A stretch of 15,912 nucleotides of DNA from Paramicrosporidium saccamoebae KSL3 (taxonomy: Eukaryota; Fungi; Cryptomycota). The notes beneath the pieces were generated by a model, which did no database searches, was not told the DNA's origin, and worked only from the letters and a program-made list of their open reading frames with translations. Made by a program: the position numbers and the translations under genes. Shown in pieces: positions 1 through 6,351 of the stretch (positions within the stretch are counted from its first letter, which is position 1; every line of letters begins with the position of its first letter). The stretch spans positions 157,479-173,390 of the forward strand of contig MTSL01000041.1 of assembly GCA_002794465.1 (NCBI GenBank), given 5' to 3'.

Positions 1-143
1 AGTTGATGCTGTTTAACATAGTCTTTATTACAGACCTCCTACAGATCAAAGCTACTCACTCAGTCTTTGTTAAGATCTCTCTTATAAGCCCTGGCCCATT
101 GGGATTGGGGACTAACATTTGACCATTTAGGATTGCTAACCGT

Positions 144-1466
144 ATGCAGGAGCTTTGTGCAAATAGCACAATGGCGAATGTCGATGAGAATTATTACAAA
201 GTTGAGGAGATTATCGATAGCCGCATTAGTCCCACAAACGGCCACTGTGAATTTCTTGTAAAGTGGAAAGACTACTCTTCCATTTGGAATAGCTGGGAAC
301 CGGCAGTTCATCTACAGCACTGTCATATTGCGCTTGCCAATTTCGAACACGCTCGACGCGCCGCCGAGATTAAGGACGAGGTGACTTTTGCGAAGAAGAT
401 GAAAGAAAATGCAGTGGATAGTCTGCACACGCAACTTGAACAGAAACAAGCAGTACGAATCGAGCGGGAAAAAACAAGGCAACCTGGATCTACACCAACG
501 GATCAATTCGACCATATCTCAAAAAGTCAACCAGGTCCTGCACTGGTAGGCTCTTTGGACTCTGAACGAGCACCCTCCTCCCATTCAGACCACCCTTTTG
601 TCCCTTCGCCTTATGCTCGTCGACGTGGAAGTGTATTTGAGAAATTTGAGAAAATGATGAATTCTTGTGGTGGGGAACTGATCACTGTCGAGAATGAGGT
701 GGACAATGTCTTTCCCCCAGCACATTTTAGGTGTCTTTCTGCACCAATTATCGGGAGTGGCGTTCCCACTTCTGACCCTTCCTTCCTCATTGGATGCACT
801 TGTCACCCAGACCGCCAGTGCCATGACGGCGAGTGTGCCTGTGTTTCCCAGAATCCCGATCCGAGGCGCATCTACTCTTCAGATGGACGGTTGCTCATCA
901 CTTCAGGCCCCATATATGAATGCAACTCCAAGTGCTCCTGTCCATTATCCTGTCCAAATCGTGTTGTTCAGCGAGGACGCACAGTGCCTCTCGTCATAGC
1001 ACGTTATGGCCCCATTAAGGGCTGGGGTGTGAAGGCAGCCGCTGAGATTCCCAAAGGCACTTTTATTGATGTATATCTGGGCGAACTAATCACCACTGCA
1101 GAGGCTACAAGACGAATTGCCTCCGCCAAACATGGCAGGGGAAGTTATCTATTTGACATTGACTTTAATTACGAGGTCGGCACCGAGTCCGCCTACACCA
1201 TTGACGCATATACATTTGGGAACGTCACTCATTTCATTAACCATTCATGCGAGCCCAATTTGAGGGTTCATGCATGTTTTATTGACACGGCAGATCCAAG
1301 TCTGCACATGCTTGCGTTTTTTGCAAAGCGCAATATTGCCAAAGGCGAGGAGCTATGCTTTGACTATCTTGGCAGCCATGGTGCGGCACAGGCTCCTCAA
1401 GGAACACCGGGCCGGAGGCAACCTTGCTCCTGTGGTACATCCAAATGTAGAGGCTTCATTTATTAA
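144..1466 (+). CDS. clr4: Histone H3K9 methyltransferase, Clr4/SUV39H type (chromodomain + pre-SET + SET + post-SET), 440 aa; start could alternatively be ATG 171
   Basis: Chromodomain YKVEEIIDSR...FLVKWKDYSSIWNSWEP; 9-Cys pre-SET (GCTC..C..CAC..IYECNSKCSCPLSCPNR); SET motifs KGWGV, YLGELIT, YLFDID, FINHSCEPN, EELCFDY; post-SET CSCGTSKCRG. Confidence 0.94.
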   Translation: MQELCANSTMANVDENYYKVEEIIDSRISPTNGHCEFLVKWKDYSSIWNSWEPAVHLQHCHIALANFEHARRAAEIKDEVTFAKKMKENAVDSLHTQLEQKQAVRIEREKTRQPGSTPTDQFDHISKSQPGPALVGSLDSERAPSSHSDHPFVPSPYARRRGSVFEKFEKMMNSCGGELITVENEVDNVFPPAHFRCLSAPIIGSGVPTSDPSFLIGCTCHPDRQCHDGECACVSQNPDPRRIYSSDGRLLITSGPIYECNSKCSCPLSCPNRVVQRGRTVPLVIARYGPIKGWGVKAAAEIPKGTFIDVYLGELITTAEATRRIASAKHGRGSYLFDIDFNYEVGTESAYTIDAYTFGNVTHFINHSCEPNLRVHACFIDTADPSLHMLAFFAKRNIAKGEELCFDYLGSHGAAQAPQGTPGRRQPCSCGTSKCRGFIY

Positions 1467-1725
1467 ACTGTAATTTATACTAGCAGTTGGCTCAGCAATG
1501 GACGAGGGGGACACGGGCCGAAGGCAACCTTGCTCCTGCGGCACACCCAAATGTAGAGGCTTCATTTATTAAACTGTAATTTATACTAGCAGCTGGCTTA
1601 GCAATGGACGAGAGGAACACGGACCAAAGGCAACCTTGCTCCCGTGGGTACATCCAAATGTAGAGGCTCCATTAAACTGGGATTTATGACTAGTTGACTT
1701 TGTTATCAATGAACGGGAGGAACAC
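1401..1725. repeat. Three tandem copies of a ~106-nt unit (starts 1401, 1508, 1614; residual GGAACAC at 1719) containing the clr4 post-SET codons, stop, short 3' flank and U1 3' end
   Basis: AGGCAACCTTGCTCC at 1416, 1522 and 1628; CCAAATGTAGAGGCT recurs in each copy. Copies 1 and 2 differ by 8 substitutions and 1 indel; copy 3 is more decayed. Confidence 0.97.
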
Positions 1726-1870
1726 GAGGAACCTCCCACTACCAAAAATTACATGGTTGAGACACCCGGAGGTGTTCACAGCCCATGAGGACGGAACCGG
1801 TTGTGCAATGGACCATCCAGGACCGGAGGCGCTGCCTTCTTGATCACAGCTGCCTCCCCACCAGGTAAGT
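1714..1870 (-). ncRNA. U1: U1 spliceosomal snRNA (~157 nt)
   Basis: The minus strand reads ACUUACCUGG at the 5' end. SL1 is GGAGGC-A-GCUGU/GCAGC-GCCUCC with loop GAUCAAGAAG (U1-70K site). SL2 has GGAUGG/CCGUCC and loop AUUGCAC (U1A site). SL3 is ACACC-UCCG-GGUGU, and helix H is GUGG/CCAU. Sm site AAUUUUUGG is followed by SL4 GGGAGG/CCUCCC. Order and spacing match canonical U1. Confidence 0.96.
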
Positions 1871-1892
1871 GCCGAGCCAGGGTAATTGGCCT

Positions 1893-1900
1893 TATTTATA
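1893..1900 (-). promoter_or_regulatory. TATA box of the U1 gene
   Basis: TATAAATA on the minus strand starts 30 nt upstream of the U1 5' end at 1870; a CCAAT lies at 1960-1956. Confidence 0.75.
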
Positions 1901-1973
1901 GGGCAGTCGGCCTTGATGAGCCGAGTTTGGTTGTGGGTTTAACTGGCGATTTTTCATTGGTTGCTTCACCTAA

Positions 1974-2201
1974 ATGGCGTCACCGTTGGTGAAACTGCTC
2001 CTTTTTGCCATAGGAAAAAAGGTTGCTGCATTCACTATTGCCAAGATTTATGGATTCCCAAAATTATACCGAAGATTAAGTGAGACGAACCGGAGGTTTC
2101 TCTCAAACCAACCGGCGATGAGAGCAAGAGTCCAGAATGCACTCTCCTTTTCATTCAGGCTTCCCAACCGCATACTCAGTTACATTACCAACAGAAAATG
2201 A
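1974..2201 (+). CDS. Small hypothetical basic protein, 75 aa, hydrophobic N-terminus
   Basis: Real ATG in good context (taaATGg). It fills the gap between U1 and the Bfr1-like gene. Sequence LVKLLLFAIGKKVAAFTIAKIYGFPKLYRRL looks protein-like, but no family was recognised. Confidence 0.6.
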   Translation: MASPLVKLLLFAIGKKVAAFTIAKIYGFPKLYRRLSETNRRFLSNQPAMRARVQNALSFSFRLPNRILSYITNRK

Positions 2202-2398
2202 CCTGAGGCTGTATTTAACGCATCTTGGTACAAGGGCGCTGGATATTGGAAATGAGGAGTCACCTCGATGGTAGAGTCTTTTACTTCTTGCAAATTCAGG
2301 CTACGCTCTTTTGGTCCTACTGCTATACTTGTTTTTGTTTCTGTTTGTCCAACTGTATTAGTAATAGAGAATGAATCAAAATTCAATTTATTCGCATA

Positions 2399-2496
2399 CC
2401 AGTTCTCCTCAGTCTGGACCTTGGCAGGCTTCTCAAACTGCGTTTTCAATTCTCCTCAGTCTTGGTCTTGATGGGCTTTTCCAATTGCGCCTTTAG
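2399..2496 (-). repeat. Two-copy tandem duplication (period 47 nt) of the last 16 codons and stop position of the Bfr1-like gene
   Basis: Coding LKAQLEKPIKTKTEEN-TGA (2496-2446) is followed by LKTQFEKPAKVQTEEN-TGG (2449-2399); TTCTCCTCAGTCT is present at 2403 and 2450. Confidence 0.9.
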
Positions 2497-3880
2497 TTCT
2501 TCAACTTGCTTCTCAAGGGCTTCGCGTTGCTTCTCCTTCTCGTCGGCGGCATCATCCTTCTTGGAGGTGAACGACGATTTCTTTGCCTCAATAGCCTCGA
2601 GGAGCTTTGGAACATCAGAGGCGGTGGAGGGGATGGAGAGGCTCAGGTCAGCAAGAGCACTGAGGATGTGGAAGGGCAGCTTGGAGAGGGGGACAACAGT
2701 AGAAGCTGTGGCAGTGTTCTTGTTGTTCTTCTTGCCACCCTTGGCTACGAAGAAAGCCTCGGGTTTCTTCTTGTTGATTGCGACAGCATCGGCAAGTTCA
2801 TCAGACAATTTGACCTGTCGAATTCCAGCCTCAACAGCGGCAACCTCATTAGCAGCATCTTTTTCATCCGATCCAAGAGCCTCCCGGAAAAAGGCCTTCA
2901 AGTTGTTGCACTCGGAAATCTTGCGGTCATTGGCCGTTTCAGGGTTGAAAGCAAGCAGCTTCTCCTCCAACTCCTCCAGCTTGTCCTCCAACTCGCGACG
3001 ACGATCATACTCGGCGCGACGAGCATCACGTTTGACACGGGCCTCAGCTTGAGCCTTCTTGGCAGTCTTGTACTCTTCATAAGCTTTCCGACGCTCCTCA
3101 TAGGCAGCATCAATTTCGGCCTTGACCTTGTCAATTGCAGCCTGGCGGTTTACACGTTCAGCCTGAGCCTCCTTGCTGGATCCAGCCATTTCGTCCAGTT
3201 TCTTGGAGACTTGGTCAGCTTGAGAACGGAACTTTCCAATAATCTCGTCTTTTCCATTAATTTCAGTCCTCAACTTGTCCATGCGAAGCTTCATGGAACC
3301 GACATCGCTTCCGGAGCCGTCAATGTTTTCGAATGCACGACGCGCCTTTTTCAACTTTGAGATTTCAGCCAGAATTTGTTTCTCCTCAATCAACTTGAAC
3401 TGGCCCGACTCAATCTTTGACTCTAGCTCACGGACGCGGTCCTCCATCTCTGGAATGCTGCGGAAGGGGAGCTTGTCCTTGGCCTCCTGAGCCTCGCCAG
3501 TTTTCTTCTTCAGGTCGTCGCGATTCTTGTTGAGTTGTTCGAATAGACGACGACGTTCCTCCTGGTGGGGACGGAGCTCTTCACGCAACTTCTTCGCCTG
3601 CTCAATGAGCAGCGTGCGCTCGTCCTTGTTACCAGACGCCTTTCCCGTGCCTCCAGCGAATAAATCCGCCTACAATAAGTTAATTGCTAAGCTGGCTTAC
3701 TAGACGGGCCTTGGCATCAGCGATTCTACCATCCAACTCGCCCATCTTCTTTTCATATGCCACGTTCACAGGGTTAGGACGGCCGCTGTAAGGCTTCGCA
3801 ATGCCATTCTCTTGCTTTACAGCATCATGTTTGCCAGTCTCCTGGGTAGTAGCAACATTTGTAGCAATAGCGGTAGTCAT
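2446..3880 (-). CDS. BFR1: Bfr1-like coiled-coil mRNP/nuclear segregation protein, join(3880..3701,3669..2446), ~467 aa
   Basis: Long Lys/Glu heptad-rich protein. IPEMEDRVRELESKIESGQFKLIEEKQILAEISKLKKARRAF resembles the conserved Bfr1 segment. A 31-nt intron joins the two ORF-track pieces in frame (..AKARL|ADLFAGG..). Confidence 0.8.
3670..3700 (-). other. Spliceosomal intron, 31 nt (Bfr1-like gene)
   Basis: GTAAGCCAGCTTAGCAATTAACTTATTGTAG; phase 0, removal restores the frame, retention hits TAA. Confidence 0.88.
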
Positions 3881-3969
3881 TGTGTCTCGGGTTAGATGAC
3901 CAGGTGGGCGCAATAAACCAGTGTTCAGGTCCAGGGCAGTATGACCAATCGTAATAACTTTGGCCGACA

Positions 3970-3982
3970 ATGATTGGCTGAA
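3970..3982 (-). promoter_or_regulatory. CCAAT box in the divergent BFR1/PNRC promoter
   Basis: TTCAGCCAATCAT matches the NF-Y/Hap consensus and lies ~90 nt upstream of the BFR1 ATG. The same core occurs at 6104 and 7258. Confidence 0.55.
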
Positions 3983-4074
3983 AGCCCTGACCGGTTTTAG
4001 CTTAACTAGCAGGGTGACTACGCGCACTCCATAGGTTGTCTTGTACATAGCACCGAAACTGTACGATAGGGAAG

Positions 4075-4162
4075 CAGTAACAATTCACTGCCATAACAGC
4101 AACAATTTACTGCCATACCAGCAACAATTCACTGTCATAACAGCCACAATTCACTGCTATGC
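4075..4162 (+). repeat. 4 x 22-nt minisatellite (CAGCAACAATTCACTGCCATAA) whose fourth unit contains the PNRC-gene start codon
   Basis: Units at 4075, 4097, 4119 and 4141, each 1-3 mismatches from consensus (4 in unit 4). ATA at 4093, 4115 and 4137 aligns with ATG at 4159. Confidence 0.96.
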
Positions 4163-4707
4163 AAGTTTCTACCGAGCAGCCCACCAAGGGCAAGAAGAAG
4201 CAAAAGAAAAAGAGGCAGAATAGGACAGAACAGACGCCTCCCAGGAGCATGTCCGTCCCCACTGGAAAGCAGCCACTTCCACCTCTACAGCCAGCACGGC
4301 CGACAATCATGCAGGCCAAAGAACGTGCCATGGCCGACGCGCTCTTTGCATCGTCTTCGTCCCAATGGTATGCTGGTGCGGCGTTTGACCGGTCGCCTGC
4401 CGCAAATACTCTCCCTCGTCCCACCAGACTGCTGACCAAGTCGCCGACCAAAGAGGAGGGACAGAATGTAATGGCATCATCTTGTCCCGTCAGTTCGATT
4501 TTGGCTGAGCGGACGTCCCTCACCTCTCCAGGGACACGGACAAGAATGCCGACACCGCCGATGGATTCCAATCTGCGACAAAAGTCGCGTGATTTGTTAA
4601 ATTTGCTGCGTTCCGAACCGCAGGCGGTGACTGTTCAGGACAAAAGCAAGAGCGAGGATTTAGAGGAAATGACTCGACAGGTTCGCAAATTGCTGAATAT
4701 ATCCTAG
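4159..4707 (+). CDS. PNRC/Edc1-like proline-rich protein (probable mRNA decapping activator), 182 aa
   Basis: Motif WYAGAAFDRSPAANTLPRP matches the PNRC/Edc1 YAGxxFxxSPxxxxLPxP motif. N-terminal basic patch KGKKKQKKKR; C-terminal helices SRDLLNLLR and TRQVRKLLNI; otherwise disordered. Confidence 0.8.
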   Translation: MQVSTEQPTKGKKKQKKKRQNRTEQTPPRSMSVPTGKQPLPPLQPARPTIMQAKERAMADALFASSSSQWYAGAAFDRSPAANTLPRPTRLLTKSPTKEEGQNVMASSCPVSSILAERTSLTSPGTRTRMPTPPMDSNLRQKSRDLLNLLRSEPQAVTVQDKSKSEDLEEMTRQVRKLLNIS

Positions 4708-4763
4708 TGTGCTTATAAGGAAGTCTTTGCTTCCAGCCTCACATCCCCGTTATGGTGTTGGGA

Positions 4764-5036
4764 GACGATTCAATGGGTTCATCATATTCTAAGAGCTTTT
4801 ATTATTGTCGAGACGATTAAAGCAGTGCTTTTTAGAAGTTTAGTATTGTTTAAGGTGCACATATGATAGATTCAAAGGGCTCCTTGAATCCTAAAGCAGC
4901 GCCTTTTAAAAGTTTAGTATTGTTTAAGATGCACATATGACAGATTCAAAGGGTTCCTCGTATCCTAAGAGCTTTTATTAGTGTCGAGAAGGTTAAAGCA
5001 GCGTTTTTTAGAGGCTTCATATTGTTTAAAACGCAT
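4764..5036 (-). repeat. Tandem triplication (~102-nt unit; middle copy has a 28-nt deletion) of the kinase gene's last ~24 codons, stop and ~30 nt of 3' flank
   Basis: CTAAGAGCTTTTATTA at 4789 and 4965; TAAAGCAG in all three copies; AGTTTAGTATTGTTTAAG twice; GATTCAA(A/T)GGG three times including a partial unit at 4764. Confidence 0.95.
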
Positions 5037-6105
5037 TACAGCATAAGACATGTAGTCGAATGGAATGTCTGAAAACAGGGCCTGCACCAGTCCCCATAAT
5101 CCCCAATAAAAGTGTGATGCGAGTGTAAACAAGTTGACTTCAACATAGAGCGCTTCTATCTCGACGTCTGTAGCAGGTCGGCCATAGTATTGTTTCCAAT
5201 ACGCAGCGAGCCATGGTAGTTGTTGCTCGCGGGTGGGATACAACGAGTAGTCGCATTGGAAGCCAGCAAACTCGCAGAAATGATTTGCAATGTCGTAGCC
5301 ACGATAGTTACTGCAGCCGTACTCGAAATCAATAAATTCCACGTCATTCTTTTCCTCCTCATAAATAATATTTCCGGAGAGTAGATCGTTGTGACAGAAT
5401 ACAATGGGGGACTTTAGCGCTGAAAGTGTCAATTCAAGCCGCTCCAGTTCCAATTTTAGATATCCAATATTCACATTCTGCTCAAAGATGCTCTGCGTCT
5501 CCTTTACCGGGTAGGAGGCTGGGATTCCTTTGAACCATTTCCACAAAGTACGGAACAGATTGGCCTCTTTCCCACCGGCACGGTACAGCTTGTGCCACAC
5601 TGCAACCTTGCGTGCAACTAGCTGGGACAGTTTTGGGTCTGACATGTCTGGCACCGAGAAGGGCCGACCCTCAATGTAGCCGTAGACAAAGCCGTTCGTG
5701 AAGCGTGCGTACAGCGGCGGCGATAATTCGGCCTTGCTCAGAGTCACAAAGTTGGTTAGCTCGGCCATGCGGTCGATAATGAGCTCAGACTTTTTACCGT
5801 ATGCCCTAATGAGCACAGTAGTGTCCAGCTCCTTATTTATGCACTTGACAACTACAAGTTATAAACGATACACATGGATTACGTTTGTTAGTGATGCCAT
5901 CCTTACACTGGACAAACTCGACCTGGCTTACATTCCAGGTGGGAAAGACGCGACAAAGTAGCGTCTTGCAAGAGGCCATCAGGTCATTATGAGCAACAAC
6001 GTAATCATGAAGCGGCACCTTGCCCAAGACAAAGGTCTCTAAAGCAGATAGCGATGGTGTCTTGCGGTGCGCAAGGTGTGAGCAGGATTCCAATGACTCG
6101 TGCAT
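4965..6105 (-). CDS. Ethanolamine/choline kinase, join(6105..5883,5851..4965), ~369 aa
   Basis: DGITNK|L..VLIRAYG across a 31-nt intron; Brenner motif FCHNDLLSGNII; IDFEYGCSN..DIANHFCEFAG; HFYWGLWGLVQ. The first in-frame ATG is at 6105. Confidence 0.93.
5852..5882 (-). other. Spliceosomal intron, 31 nt (kinase gene)
   Basis: GTAATCCATGTGTATCGTTTATAACTTGTAG; phase 1, removal recreates the conserved GITNKL. Confidence 0.92.
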
Positions 6106-6145
6106 GATTGGCTGAAGCAGCAGGGCATTGGGTTTTGTTAGAGAA

Positions 6146-6211
6146 TTGGAGTGTTTTTGGAGTATTGGAGCATTGGAGTATTGGGGTGTTGGAGTGTTGG
6201 AGTATTGGATA
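6146..6211. repeat. ~8 copies of an 8-nt unit TTGGAGTR upstream of the kinase gene
   Basis: ttggagtg-ttt-ttggagta-ttggagca-ttggagta-ttggggtg-ttggagtg-ttggagta-ttggata. Confidence 0.92.
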
Positions 6212-6351
6212 TTAGACACTAAACGCTATTCGACAGTTTCGAACACTTTGGAAATTTAAACCTGAACAAGTCGAGTGAACGAATGGTATACAATTGCCTA
6301 TTATACTCGAGACAATCATATGACATGGATGAATATTATACAGATTATGAT

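Noticed and set aside
111-149. Two branch-point/acceptor-like motifs (ACTAAC..TAG at 111-130, GCTAAC..CAG at 135-149) before clr4
   Set aside because: There is no GT donor 31-35 nt upstream of either AG, and the ORF already has ATGs ahead of the chromodomain. An upstream exon cannot be supported.
1401-1725. Regularly spaced repeats resembling a CRISPR array
   Set aside because: Whole units are homologous with no unique spacers, they derive from the adjacent CDS, and the context is eukaryotic with no cas genes.
1724-1733. 10-mer ACGAGGAACC shared between U1 SL4 (antisense) and the kinase 3' flank (4952-4961, minus strand)
   Set aside because: 10-nt matches are expected many times by chance in a 16-kb window on two strands.
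2386-2398. 13-mer TATGCGAATAAAT shared with 7061-7073
   Set aside because: A few 13-mer coincidences are expected at this window size. The two contexts differ (3' flank versus promoter) and there is no extension.
2462-3490. Long + strand ORFs (196, 284 and 71 aa) opposite the Bfr1-like gene
   Set aside because: These are antisense shadows of a Lys/Glu-rich coiled-coil gene, with Ser/Leu/Phe-rich translations and no domain signal.
4042-4049. Perfect Pumilio element TGTACATA
   Set aside because: It lies in a divergent promoter region rather than a 3' UTR, and a single 8-mer is expected by chance.
4107-4571. 154-aa minus-strand ORF
   Set aside because: It is antisense to the PNRC-motif gene, which carries the recognisable motif.
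6106-6219. N-terminal extension MSNIQYSNTPTPQYSNAP of the kinase in the ORF track
   Set aside because: It starts at GTG and simply translates the 8-nt microsatellite. The first ATG is at 6105.
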